Below, piece after piece: positions 31,000 to 41,228 of a stretch of DNA of 64,000 bases. The stretch comes from a virus (Duplodnaviria; Caudoviricetes): IMG/VR virus record IMGVR_UViG_3300044726_000026, positions 464 through 64,463 of that record. One strand, given 5' to 3'. The notes below the pieces were generated by a model that was not told the DNA's origin, searched no databases, and saw nothing but the letters and a program-made list of their open reading frames with translations. Both the position numbers and the translations under genes were made by a program. Every line of letters begins with the position of its first letter. The first letter of the stretch is position 1.

Positions 31000-33365
31000 T
31001 GGTCGCGCCGTATCTCCCGAAAGCAGTCAAGGTCCATCAGACTGCTACGTTCTACAACCGCGTGTTGTCATGTCCAACACCCGGCGCGGGGATGCGTCAG
31101 TCGTTGGAAGGCTTTACGATCTCTACCTGGGTGTGCGTCGGCGGGTTCACTTGCGAGATGTACGGGAGGACCGCCGACGCCTTGAACCCACCGGGCTACA
31201 TACCGCAGTCCGTCACGGCGTTCATGCAAGCCTCGTTCTTCGATCAGGCTACGAACACGGCACTGGTGCAGGGCATAGGACAGACCAGCCCGCTCTACAT
31301 CGCCGTTGGGTTCAGCAATTCAGATCGGAAAGACGAAAATCCGATTATGAATATCACGCCGGGTGACGGCTACAACTACACCGCGTCGATGTTCAATCTC
31401 ATCATGTCGTTCAACTTCGTGACCTGTCGGGTCAAGATGTACGCGAACGACGTACCGGTGCATGTCTCCACCATGGTTGCCAGCGGCGGCGGGCTGGCCA
31501 TCGGCGGCAGAGGGTCGATCCTGAATAACTCCATCATGGAGTGGCAGATCAGGATGACCGGCAGTTCCAATGCCGGTCAAGGTCCGATCATCGTGTTCGA
31601 CCGGTACCTGGAACTCGATGACGTAGCGGTCAGGCGCAATTTCATTAAGGCCGACCGTAGTGCCGTACCGCTGCCAGCGGACGGACATATCAACATCGAC
31701 GGCGAGCGCATATTGCCGACCGCATTCTTCCGGGTTCACGATAATTCCACCGACGCGGGCGACTTCAGGATCAACAACGGCACCGGACCACCCTGGATAT
31801 TCACGCCGGAAGCGCCGCCGCTGACCATGGACGACTGCCTCACCGCCACCTTTGTCGGTGAATATGAACCGCCTCCGGTGCTTCCGCTACCCGTACAGGC
31901 GCGGGCCAGCGAATGGACGATAAAGCCAGACTGGTCTACTCCGGTGCGAGAAACCATCGAGTGGAAGACGGACGTACTGTCCTCGCAGATGGCCTACGAA
32001 CAGCGGCGACGGTTACGCAATTCGCCGCGTCGTGTGATCGAGGCGAAGTATGTTTTGATCGGCCAGGATCGTCGCCTGTTCGACTCCTACATGGCGGGAC
32101 CGGCGGCGGGTCGCTGGACCTATCCGTTGTGGTGGGAGAACATGCCGTTGACCAAAGAGGGTCTGGTTGACGACGTTGTTCTGGAATGCAACACGCTCTA
32201 CACCGAGGTCGTGGAGGGATCGGTGGTCCTGCTACTCGGCAAGTCACCTTTCATATTTGAGGCGCATACGGTAGCGGAAGTAACTTCCAACACCATCACG
32301 CTTACCACCGGTCTGTTTCGTTTTTGGCCGCGCGGGTCGAGCGTCTACATGACCAAGCGGTGTCAGTTGATCTCGCAACAACGGGTGCAGCGTCAGGCTG
32401 ACGACGCGGCTATCGTGACGCTCCAGTTCGAGACGATGGAGCCAAACGATTTCACGTCCAGAGTACCGCCGCTGATCGTGAGCGGCTTTCCCGTGCTGGA
32501 TATCTTCCCTGACGAAGCCCGCGATTTGACCGCTGAATACCGGCGGGTATTGTCTGAGTTCGACAATCAACTATCCGCCGGTGTGTTGCGTGTTGACCAA
32601 GCGGGGATAGGTTTCACGGTTCAACAGTTCTCGTGGTTCGCGGACGGGCGTGCCAAACTGAAGTCCATTCGGGAGCTGTTGTACTACCTGCAAGGCCGCT
32701 TGGTGCCGATATGGGTGCCGACCTATTTTCGCGATGTGGATATACGTTCCGGCAGCGAATATCTGGCGACCGACGCTGTGCTGGTGGCGACAAGATCAGG
32801 CTACTCCGAGTTGATCCTTAGCGCACCGTACACACGGCAGACCTTGCAGATCAGGTTCCACAACGGTTCTTCGATCATCCGTGATGTGCTGACCGCGATG
32901 GTGTTGAATGAAGACTATGAGGTATTCACGCTGTCGCAGTCGTTCGGGGTGGACTTCAACGAACGGCAGGTATCGCGTGCGTGCTTCCTGGCGTTCTCCC
33001 GGCAGGATCAGGACGACATAGACATCGAACACCACACCGACTCTACCGGGGTTTCAACTGTCGTCACGACTTTCGCCTCGCTGCGTGGTGGACGTGGCTC
33101 CGGTACTTACGAGACGAACATCTTCACCGGTTCGAACAAACAGGATAGCGGCTATCGACCGCCACCGCAGGACGTTCAGATCGAAGAACCGATCATCGTG
33201 ATATCGACGGAGTACCCAACAGATCCCGGAGGCGGATCAGGTGGCGGTGGCAGCGAAGGGGGAGGGGGCGACGACGGCGAGGGTGGTGGCGAGGGCGAGG
33301 GTGGTGGCGAGGGCGAGGGTGGTGGCGAGGGCGAGGGTGGTGGCGAGGGCGCGAGGAAAGGATAA
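30996..33365 (+). CDS. tail tip/distal tail protein with extra N-terminal domain and Gly/Glu tail
   Basis: PDWSTPVRETIEWKTDVL...EQRRRLR..PRR; follows TMP. Confidence 0.75.
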   Translation: MMVAPYLPKAVKVHQTATFYNRVLSCPTPGAGMRQSLEGFTISTWVCVGGFTCEMYGRTADALNPPGYIPQSVTAFMQASFFDQATNTALVQGIGQTSPLYIAVGFSNSDRKDENPIMNITPGDGYNYTASMFNLIMSFNFVTCRVKMYANDVPVHVSTMVASGGGLAIGGRGSILNNSIMEWQIRMTGSSNAGQGPIIVFDRYLELDDVAVRRNFIKADRSAVPLPADGHINIDGERILPTAFFRVHDNSTDAGDFRINNGTGPPWIFTPEAPPLTMDDCLTATFVGEYEPPPVLPLPVQARASEWTIKPDWSTPVRETIEWKTDVLSSQMAYEQRRRLRNSPRRVIEAKYVLIGQDRRLFDSYMAGPAAGRWTYPLWWENMPLTKEGLVDDVVLECNTLYTEVVEGSVVLLLGKSPFIFEAHTVAEVTSNTITLTTGLFRFWPRGSSVYMTKRCQLISQQRVQRQADDAAIVTLQFETMEPNDFTSRVPPLIVSGFPVLDIFPDEARDLTAEYRRVLSEFDNQLSAGVLRVDQAGIGFTVQQFSWFADGRAKLKSIRELLYYLQGRLVPIWVPTYFRDVDIRSGSEYLATDAVLVATRSGYSELILSAPYTRQTLQIRFHNGSSIIRDVLTAMVLNEDYEVFTLSQSFGVDFNERQVSRACFLAFSRQDQDDIDIEHHTDSTGVSTVVTTFASLRGGRGSGTYETNIFTGSNKQDSGYRPPPQDVQIEEPIIVISTEYPTDPGGGSGGGGSEGGGGDDGEGGGEGEGGGEGEGGGEGEGGGEGARKG
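33276..33347 (+). repeat. 18-bp perfect tandem repeat x4 encoding (GEGGGE)4
   Basis: GGCGAGGGTGGTGGCGAG repeated four times. Confidence 0.95.
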
Positions 33366-33368
33366 ACC

Positions 33369-34202
33369 ATGTCGGGATCATCATTCGACATCCAAGAGAT
33401 CGGTACTTATTCCGGCAGGGCGGTACGGCTCTACCTGTTCCAGCTAGGAGAGGCGATCTGGCGGTATGCTACCGGCGACCGCTCGGTGCTGTACGACGGC
33501 GTATTGTGGAACCCGATACAAATCTCGGACGAAGGACTGAAGCAGAAGTCCGAGGCGACTACCGACGACTTCCTCGTGACGATAGACTCGACCTCGACGG
33601 TGGTGCAATTGTTTCGTGGTACCCCGCCGTCGGAACCCATCAAGCTGACGGTGCGTGAACTGCAATTCGGAGACTCGACCGCTCCGATCATGTGGGTAGG
33701 CTACGTCTCATCGGTGCGCTATCGCGATCAGGTATCGTCGGACATCGTATGTAATACCCAGACCGCGTTTCTCAACCGTAAAGGTCTGCGGCTTAGTTGG
33801 TCGCGGCAATGCCCCTATGCCCTGTACGACCTCGACTGTGGCGTCTCGCGCGATGCCTTCGCGGAGGGGGCCATAGTGACGCGGCTGTTCGGCGGTGGCT
33901 TTGAGTACGCCCTGTTGGACCCGAACACCGGCAAGAAGGAACACCGCTTTCAGAACGGCTATTTCGAATGGACGGTGGATGGAAGTTACTTCCAGCGGCG
34001 GGCCATCTTGGTGGACAACATAACCGACTGCATCGTGCTGGGTCAGGTGGACGGCATGACCGAAGGCATGAACATAACCATGTATCCAGGCTGTCAACGC
34101 AACCCAGAAGACTGCACTAAAGTCTTCGACAACATGAGTAATTTTGGGGGTTTTCCGATGATGCCGGGGCGCAGTCCATTTGACGGAAATCCCGTTTTCT
34201 GA
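33369..34202 (+). CDS. tail protein, DUF2163/BR0599 (gpL-like)
   Basis: CPYALYD.DC, YPGC....C...FDN..NFGGFP..P. Confidence 0.85.
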   Translation: MSGSSFDIQEIGTYSGRAVRLYLFQLGEAIWRYATGDRSVLYDGVLWNPIQISDEGLKQKSEATTDDFLVTIDSTSTVVQLFRGTPPSEPIKLTVRELQFGDSTAPIMWVGYVSSVRYRDQVSSDIVCNTQTAFLNRKGLRLSWSRQCPYALYDLDCGVSRDAFAEGAIVTRLFGGGFEYALLDPNTGKKEHRFQNGYFEWTVDGSYFQRRAILVDNITDCIVLGQVDGMTEGMNITMYPGCQRNPEDCTKVFDNMSNFGGFPMMPGRSPFDGNPVF

Positions 34203-34242
34203 TAAGGAAGCGCCTCTCCCGTACAATTAGGGGTCAACGCAT

Positions 34243-34488
34243 ATGAACTTCGTGTTCGCTATCGCCTTGTTGGTCATAGCTTACGTCATTACCGCGTTGA
34301 CAATGCCGCGTCCGAAGAACAACGACGCCAAGGCGGCTACCCTGAAGGACTTCAATTTTCCCGTGCCGGATGAGGGAACAGCCCAAGCCATAGTCTTCGG
34401 AGATTGCTGGACGCAAGACTGGCAAGTTCTGTGGTATGGTAATCTTCGTAGTGAAGAAATCCGTTCTGGCGGCGGCGGCAAAAAATGA
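34243..34488 (+). CDS. small tail assembly protein
   Basis: DFNFP..DEG....VFG...VLWYG. Confidence 0.75.
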   Translation: MNFVFAIALLVIAYVITALTMPRPKNNDAKAATLKDFNFPVPDEGTAQAIVFGDCWTQDWQVLWYGNLRSEEIRSGGGGKK

Positions 34489-34703
34489 TGGTGGAAGTTA
34501 CTTCCGAGGTCATGGTTCATATGCGGCATGTCCGAGCGGCGAAGCTGTGCGCTCGCGGCTCGCGTGCCTGGGTAGCACATAACGGGTTTGATTGGAATGA
34601 GTTTCTAACGAACGGTTTACCGGCGTCAGCTTTACTGGCGACCGGTGATCCGATAGTGGCTCGTGCTGTCGCCGAGGCGAAGAAGGAAGCACGGGATGTC
34701 TAA
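34485..34703 (+). CDS. small tail assembly protein
   Basis: HVRAAKLCARGSR.W....GFDW.EFL..G. Confidence 0.75.
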   Translation: MMVEVTSEVMVHMRHVRAAKLCARGSRAWVAHNGFDWNEFLTNGLPASALLATGDPIVARAVAEAKKEARDV

Positions 34704-37503
34704 AAAAGGTGGTGACAGTCAGGTAGTAGGCTTTCGCTACTTCATGGACATTCTGATGGGCCTCAGTCGAGGCCCCGTTGACTCCGTACCGACAGTCAAG
34801 GTCGGCGACATCGTAGCGTTGCAGCAGGACCAGCGGGCCAACGGCACGGCGCTCATCAACAAGCCGGATATGTTCGGCGGCGATCAGGCCGAGGGCGGCA
34901 CCGTTGGGTTTCTGTCCTATATGTTCGGCTACCCTGGACAGGTCGTGCCGGATAATATCAAGAACGCCATCGCCAATAACGGCTCGAACGAGTACGCCTA
35001 TTACGGCGGCGTGTTGGCGTCGAACATAGATCAGGAGAAGCGGTCAAAGATTTCTGATTTTCGTGGCATCGTGTCGCTGTTCTTTACCGGTCAAATCTGT
35101 TCCAACAACCCATACCCGAAGATTTGGAAGATACGCCAGCGGCGGGCCTTGGCCGGATGGGGAACGCACGGCTGTTGGTACCCAGAGAAAGCCGCGATCA
35201 CCTATAAGGGCGAGGCGACGGCGGGCTGGGACGCCTACAAGAACGAGCCGCAGTTGTTCAGCGGCATACAGGACTCGGTACAGGTCTATACCGTCGTGGT
35301 GGCGGGCCTGACCAACATCGACGGTCATAGCAATTGGCAAGTCGGTCAGAAGATCGCCTGGAATACGAAGACCGGGCAGTGGGACCAACTCGGAGCGGAC
35401 GACCTGACGGTCGTCGCCATGAACCCGGCACACATCCTCTACCAGTGCATCACTGACACGTCCTGGGGAAGAGGGCAAGCCCGCAGCGAGATCGACAACG
35501 ACTCGTTCGTCTACGCGGCGAACTATTTGTGGACAGAGAAGTTCGGCCTGTCATTGCGCTGGTCCGCCAAGGACTCGGACATCAACTCTTTCGTGCAGAC
35601 CGTGGTCGATCACATCGGCGCGGTGCTGTACATCGACAGGGGTACCGGCCTCACCGTCCTGCGTCTGATCCGGCAGGACTATGACCCGCTGAAGATACCG
35701 TACTTCGACTACGCTTCCGGCCTGTTGTCGGTCGATACCCAGGACACCGGCTCGGCCTTGGTCACGGCGAATGAGATCATCGTCGATTGGCACGATCCGA
35801 TCCTCGACATAGACCGTCAGGCGCGAGCGCAGAACCTTGCCGGTATCCACTCGGCGGGATCGGTGCTGTCGCAGACCAGGGCGTACCCCGGCGTCTGCAA
35901 TCAGGATGTCGCTGCTCGGGTCGCCACGCGAGAACTCACGTCCAGTTCGTCGGGCCTGAAGAAATTTCGCCTGAAGTTCGACCGTCGTGCATGGCGTCTT
36001 CAGCCGGGACACGTCGTCCAGATCAGCGCCCCCGACAAGGGTATCGAGCGCATCATCCTGCGCGTGCTGACGTACGACGACGGCACCATGATCGACGGCA
36101 CGATCACCATGGATGCGTTGCAAGACGTGTTCGGGATGCCCGCTACGACCTACACCACGCCGGTCGATAGCACATGGATCAGACCGCCTTCCGGCGAGGC
36201 TCCGCAGCTTATCCGCAGCGCGACGCAGGAGAGCAGCTATTACGAGATGGCCAAGGCGCTGTCCGATGCCGACCTGAATGCGATATCGGCTACCGAGGGC
36301 GGCTTCTTCGGCGTCGCCGGTAGCCCGTCCGCCTCATCGTCTGTTCTCATTATGAAGGCCACACCGGCTGGCGGCGAAACCACCCAGACGCAAGGTGGGT
36401 TCTGTCCGGTCGGTGTCATCGCGGATGATCTCGGCTACTACGATACAGACTTCAGTCTGGCGGGCGGCACGGAACTCGTTGGCATCGGATCTCCAGCGAC
36501 CGCGTTGATCGGCACCGAGTCCGTGGAAGTTACTTCCTTCGACGTGAAGACCGGTGTTGGAACGATATCGCGAGGCGGCGCGGACACCATACCAGCGAAA
36601 CACTTGGCGGGATCGCCCATCTTCGTTCATAACGTCGCTCAGGCAGTGAGGACACGGGTCTACGAGCAGAGCGAAGTCGTGACGATGATGCTTCAGGCCA
36701 AGATCAACACCGGCCTGTCCGACGAGAACACCGCGCCGGTTTACACGATCAAGACTGACGCCAGACATTACCGTCCGTTCGTCATGGGTGATCTACGGAT
36801 CAATGGCCAACCGGGTTTGATGGATGGCTCACCGGCATTGCGAGACGCCATAGTGTTCACTTGGGTATCGCGCAACCGGCTCACGCAGTTCGATCAGTTC
36901 GTGCCGCACAACGCCGGACCCGTGGCGGCGGAAAGCGGAACTACCTACACCGTCGAGGTACGCAACGCCAAGACCGGTGCGTTGCGCCGCACACACGCGG
37001 GACTGACCGCCAGCACCTACACCTACGACAAGACCGAGGCGGCGATGGGCGGCAACGATCCGCCCGATTTGAAATTCACCATCTACACGGTGCGGAACGG
37101 CGTAGCCAGTTTCAACAAGTACAACATTTTGTTGACCTGGGTCGGGGATGGCGTTGGCGTCATGCGTGCGGCTGGTCGTGGGACCATGCTGGCGCGGAGT
37201 GCCGCTCTTCGCAACAGCGAAATGCACGCCGTCGGTATTGGCGGTATGGATATCAGAAGCACGACCATAGGCATCGTCGAGGCCACGCTGACGGCTGACG
37301 GCACGAGCGACATGATCGGTGCGGGCATCTCCGGCGGCACCGCCACCACGGCTCTGCACGCTCCTGGCATCGGGACGATGAACGCGCGCGGTGACGCGGT
37401 TTCGTTCTCTTCGGCGACCATGAGCGGCACTGGCACGTTGACCGCTACGATACCCGTGGGATATGATGAGTACTACGGCTTCGGCTACGGCGGCACCACC
37501 TGA
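34696..37503 (+). CDS. central tail hub/tip protein (gpJ-like)
   Basis: MSKKGG...VGFRY, MNPAHILY, WGRG; lambda-like tip position. Confidence 0.85.
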   Translation: MSKKGGDSQVVGFRYFMDILMGLSRGPVDSVPTVKVGDIVALQQDQRANGTALINKPDMFGGDQAEGGTVGFLSYMFGYPGQVVPDNIKNAIANNGSNEYAYYGGVLASNIDQEKRSKISDFRGIVSLFFTGQICSNNPYPKIWKIRQRRALAGWGTHGCWYPEKAAITYKGEATAGWDAYKNEPQLFSGIQDSVQVYTVVVAGLTNIDGHSNWQVGQKIAWNTKTGQWDQLGADDLTVVAMNPAHILYQCITDTSWGRGQARSEIDNDSFVYAANYLWTEKFGLSLRWSAKDSDINSFVQTVVDHIGAVLYIDRGTGLTVLRLIRQDYDPLKIPYFDYASGLLSVDTQDTGSALVTANEIIVDWHDPILDIDRQARAQNLAGIHSAGSVLSQTRAYPGVCNQDVAARVATRELTSSSSGLKKFRLKFDRRAWRLQPGHVVQISAPDKGIERIILRVLTYDDGTMIDGTITMDALQDVFGMPATTYTTPVDSTWIRPPSGEAPQLIRSATQESSYYEMAKALSDADLNAISATEGGFFGVAGSPSASSSVLIMKATPAGGETTQTQGGFCPVGVIADDLGYYDTDFSLAGGTELVGIGSPATALIGTESVEVTSFDVKTGVGTISRGGADTIPAKHLAGSPIFVHNVAQAVRTRVYEQSEVVTMMLQAKINTGLSDENTAPVYTIKTDARHYRPFVMGDLRINGQPGLMDGSPALRDAIVFTWVSRNRLTQFDQFVPHNAGPVAAESGTTYTVEVRNAKTGALRRTHAGLTASTYTYDKTEAAMGGNDPPDLKFTIYTVRNGVASFNKYNILLTWVGDGVGVMRAAGRGTMLARSAALRNSEMHAVGIGGMDIRSTTIGIVEATLTADGTSDMIGAGISGGTATTALHAPGIGTMNARGDAVSFSSATMSGTGTLTATIPVGYDEYYGFGYGGTT

Positions 37504-37522
37504 TGAATGGAAGTAACTTCCA

Positions 37523-38209
37523 ATGACAGAAATCGTTGGCGCACGTCTGGGGATCGGCTGGGGCTGGGACGCTGGTGAAAGCGGCTGGAAGCCCGGTGTC
37601 GATCGCAACTTCCGGACGGAAGAAACTCTTCTTGGTCTGAAGATTATCGACGACACGCTCACCGCGCCGCCTGGATCGCCGGTTGACGGCGATGCCTACA
37701 TCGTAGCAGCGACCGGCACGGGAACCTGGGCGACACAAGACGGCAAGATAGCCTCCTACATGGCGGGGGCGTGGTACTTCTTCACGCCGGTAGATGGGTT
37801 GCGCGGCTGGTTCGCCAACCTGTCGGCGTTCCGCCGCTACAACGGGACGACCTGGGTCGCGGAAGTAACTTCCAGAAATAAGGCCGCAGCCTTGGCGCAA
37901 TGGGTGTCCGGTGCGGTCGTGCAGAACGGGGACTTCCGGTTCATGTGGAAGGCCCCCTACGCGGGGACCGTCAACTCGCTCGACTACGTGACCGGCAATG
38001 GCTCGTTCGATCTGGCTGTGAAGATCAACGGCACGAACGTCACCGGCCTCGGTGCGGTCGCGGTGAGCAGTACGACACCGGCCAACGCACCGGCGACGGC
38101 TGCAAACACCTTCGCGGCTGGAGCCGAAGTGTCAGGAACAGTCTCGTCAGCAACCGGCTCGCCCGCCGATGTGTTCCTCAACCTGAACGTGACCTGGGCG
38201 GGAGGCTGA
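37523..38209 (+). CDS. DUF2793-domain tail protein
   Basis: TAPPGSPVDGDAYIV...GTW...DGKIA....GAWYFFTP. Confidence 0.8.
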   Translation: MTEIVGARLGIGWGWDAGESGWKPGVDRNFRTEETLLGLKIIDDTLTAPPGSPVDGDAYIVAATGTGTWATQDGKIASYMAGAWYFFTPVDGLRGWFANLSAFRRYNGTTWVAEVTSRNKAAALAQWVSGAVVQNGDFRFMWKAPYAGTVNSLDYVTGNGSFDLAVKINGTNVTGLGAVAVSSTTPANAPATAANTFAAGAEVSGTVSSATGSPADVFLNLNVTWAGG

Positions 38210-38210
38210 C

Positions 38211-39716
38211 ATGGCGTACATTTTTGGCGACGGGTTCGATATCTACGCCACTACTGGCGATGCTGCTGCCGGGTATTGGGATGCGTTCGTCAACGGCGCG
38301 GCTCCTGCCGTGGCTAATGGACGGTTCGCGGGCAGTCAGTCGTGGAAATGGGGGGCGACCGGCGCTGCCGGTTGGCTGATAAAGAACAGCGGCGCTAATG
38401 ACGCGGTGCATCACATAGTTGTCTCGTTTTATTCAACTGCCGCTATCAGTGGTTCCGTCGTTGCGACCTACCTACAGTTCGCTGATGGCGCGACCGGACA
38501 GTGTGCCATCGGGTTTCGATCTGACGGCGCGATCATACTGGCTTCAGGGAGTTCTCTCGGCACAGTACTAGCGACTTATACTGGCGCGTTCCCGCTATCC
38601 AACACTTGGTACGCATTCGAGTTCGAGGTCGTTATCAATAACACGACCGGGCGGTTCCGTGTCCGTAAGAACGGCAACACGATTGACGATTTCGATAGCG
38701 GAGCCGTGTTGAACACGCGAGGTGGCACGGCGAACAATTACGCAAATCGACTGGTGTTTGGTGGCAATGCTTCGTCGGTTAACAGTCATTTTTTCGATGA
38801 CATGCTGTGGCGCTCTGACGCCGCCAGCGTGCCGTTTGTCGGAGATGTGCGGTGCTATACCAGAGCGCCGCTCGCAACAGTGTCGCAGCAGTTTGCCAAC
38901 AATGTCGCGTCATACACGTTGAGCAATGGGTTTATGAATGCGAGTGGCAGTGATGCTACCGGCGTCTCTCGTTACACCCCGTTCAGTTCCACCTACGGCG
39001 GTACTTTTAGTACTTTCGGTCTTAGTATCAATACTGGATTTACCGGCAATTTGAAATGCGCGATATTCTTGGACAATGGCAGTAGCAATCCCGGCGCGGT
39101 GGTTGCATCGGCTAACACGTTGGTAAATCCTGTAACCGGGATTAACACGATCACGTTTCCCACGCCGGTCACATTGGCGAAGAACACGCCGTACTGGATC
39201 GGGGTTAGTCACGACGTAACGGCGTCGATGGGCGTGATAAATCCTGGCGGCTTTGTCGCCAGAACGAGCGCGGGAGTGTCGTACGCCAGTTTCCCTGTCG
39301 CCAATCCCGGTTCGATTACCGGTGGACAGCAACCCCAGGCTTACTCTTCTCTCACGATCACGACCAACAACAATGCGGATTTCGTCAACGAGACGTTGGA
39401 AGATCAAACCACCAGCTATGTCTACTCAAGCAATCCGGGTGACGCGGATTTCTACACCGTCGGTCCATTGGCCCAGACACCGGCCTCGGTGATCGCGGTC
39501 ATCACGCGAGGGTTCATCCAGAAGTCCGACGCGGGGACGAGGCTTGGGGCAGTGCAGTTGAAGTCTGGGGGAACCACGGTAGCCACGCCTAACGCCGTCA
39601 TGGGTACCACCTTTGGCTGGGTGTATCGTATCGACGCCAACGATCCGGCGACCGGTTTGCCCTGGACACACACGGCGGTCAGCGCGGTTAACATCGGTCC
39701 CTTGGTGATAAGTTAA
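38211..39716 (+). CDS. tail fibre/receptor-binding-like protein (paralog A)
   Basis: DGFD.Y N-terminus, beta-rich, DPATG.PWT C-terminus. Confidence 0.7.
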   Translation: MAYIFGDGFDIYATTGDAAAGYWDAFVNGAAPAVANGRFAGSQSWKWGATGAAGWLIKNSGANDAVHHIVVSFYSTAAISGSVVATYLQFADGATGQCAIGFRSDGAIILASGSSLGTVLATYTGAFPLSNTWYAFEFEVVINNTTGRFRVRKNGNTIDDFDSGAVLNTRGGTANNYANRLVFGGNASSVNSHFFDDMLWRSDAASVPFVGDVRCYTRAPLATVSQQFANNVASYTLSNGFMNASGSDATGVSRYTPFSSTYGGTFSTFGLSINTGFTGNLKCAIFLDNGSSNPGAVVASANTLVNPVTGINTITFPTPVTLAKNTPYWIGVSHDVTASMGVINPGGFVARTSAGVSYASFPVANPGSITGGQQPQAYSSLTITTNNNADFVNETLEDQTTSYVYSSNPGDADFYTVGPLAQTPASVIAVITRGFIQKSDAGTRLGAVQLKSGGTTVATPNAVMGTTFGWVYRIDANDPATGLPWTHTAVSAVNIGPLVIS

Positions 39717-39740
39717 TTCGAACAGTGGAAGTTACTTCCG

Positions 39741-41228
39741 ATGGCATGGGCATTTGGCGACTCGTTCGATACTTACGCGGTGGTAGCCGACATGAACGGC
39801 TATTGGGACACCGTGGTCGTTGGCAACTCATCGCTCATCACCGGTCGCTTCGCGAACAGCATGGGTTGGAGCCAAGCAAACGGTCTTGCTTCTCTCGCAA
39901 AAGCCAGTGGCGTCAACGACAACATTCATCACATCGTCTGTTCGGTTAATCAGGTTGCCAACCTCACGGGCACCACGCTTGGACATCATTTCACGTTGAT
40001 GGACGGTTCCGTCAATCAATGCAGCATCGTGTTCCGTTCAGACGGTGCGATCTTACTGACATCAGGCTTACCAAGCGGCACGGTATTGGCGACTTTCAAC
40101 GGAGGTCTTTCGATCAGTAACGTCTGGACCGCATACGAATTTGAAGTGGTGATCCACCCGTCTGCCGGGTCGTTCAAGGTTCGTAAAAACGGCAACACGG
40201 TTGACGACTTCTCGATCACCGGCCTTAACACACGCCCCGGCGCGAACACCTACGCGAACAAAATATTCATAGGTCTGTGGGGTAGTATATCGGGTGGCGT
40301 GGGCATTGACGATTTCTTCTGGCGTAGCGATACGTCGAGCGTGCCGTGGATGGGCGACATGCGCTGCTACGTACGGTCGCCCGTGAGCGATGCGAGCATA
40401 CAGTTCGCGAAGTCCACTACTGGTTTGTTGACGCAAGCCTATCCCCCAAATAGCAGTTCCAGTGGAAACGCGAACTACATAACATCGTCTCCGGTCACGG
40501 CCCTCGCGAACGGTACGTTGGGGGCGCTCTCTTTCATGCTGTCCACGGGTGTCACCGGCAACTTTCGAATGGCGTTGTACGACTCTACCGCGCCAAATGG
40601 ACGAGCCGGTAATCTGATCGCGACCGCTACCTCGGCGCAAACTAATCCTGCTGCCGGGCTACTCACGTTTCCCGTGACGGCAGGTCCAACCATTACCAGG
40701 GGAACGGTCTATTGGGTCGCCGTACATTCCGATGTAAACTACACCCCCGGTTCGGTGGGAGGCGGTTGGCCTATAATTTCCCAAGTGCAGCCATACGCTT
40801 CAGGTTTCGTATCCAATTTGTCTGGAGGGGTTTACGGCGCTTCAACTGGCATGTGTTCCGTGGGTATCGTCATGGCGTCCAGCAACTATTCGTTGGTTAG
40901 TGAATTGCGGTCGGACGGGGCGGCGGCGTACGTTTACGACTCTGCTGTAGGTCATGCGGATTTTTACGGCATCGCGCCCATTCCCGCGCCGCCGCTCACC
41001 ACCGTTGCGGTCGTCACGCGCAGCCTGATGGCGAAGTCGGACGCGGGGACGCGGACAGCGGCAATGCAGATTAAGAGCGGCGCGACCACCGTGGCCTCAC
41101 CAACGCTAAGTCTTACTCCAACCTACACTGCCGCGTGGCGTGTCGATACGGTTGACCCGGCGACAGGTGCGGCGTGGACGGCGGCGGCAGTAGCGGCGGC
41201 TCAGATCGGCCCGGTCGTGGTCAGCTAG
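39741..41228 (+). CDS. tail fibre/receptor-binding-like protein (paralog B)
   Basis: Shares FRSDGAI, AFEFEVVI/AYEFEVVI, VRKNGNT.DDF, KSDAGTR and DPATG with paralog A. Confidence 0.7.
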   Translation: MAWAFGDSFDTYAVVADMNGYWDTVVVGNSSLITGRFANSMGWSQANGLASLAKASGVNDNIHHIVCSVNQVANLTGTTLGHHFTLMDGSVNQCSIVFRSDGAILLTSGLPSGTVLATFNGGLSISNVWTAYEFEVVIHPSAGSFKVRKNGNTVDDFSITGLNTRPGANTYANKIFIGLWGSISGGVGIDDFFWRSDTSSVPWMGDMRCYVRSPVSDASIQFAKSTTGLLTQAYPPNSSSSGNANYITSSPVTALANGTLGALSFMLSTGVTGNFRMALYDSTAPNGRAGNLIATATSAQTNPAAGLLTFPVTAGPTITRGTVYWVAVHSDVNYTPGSVGGGWPIISQVQPYASGFVSNLSGGVYGASTGMCSVGIVMASSNYSLVSELRSDGAAAYVYDSAVGHADFYGIAPIPAPPLTTVAVVTRSLMAKSDAGTRTAAMQIKSGATTVASPTLSLTPTYTAAWRVDTVDPATGAAWTAAAVAAAQIGPVVVS

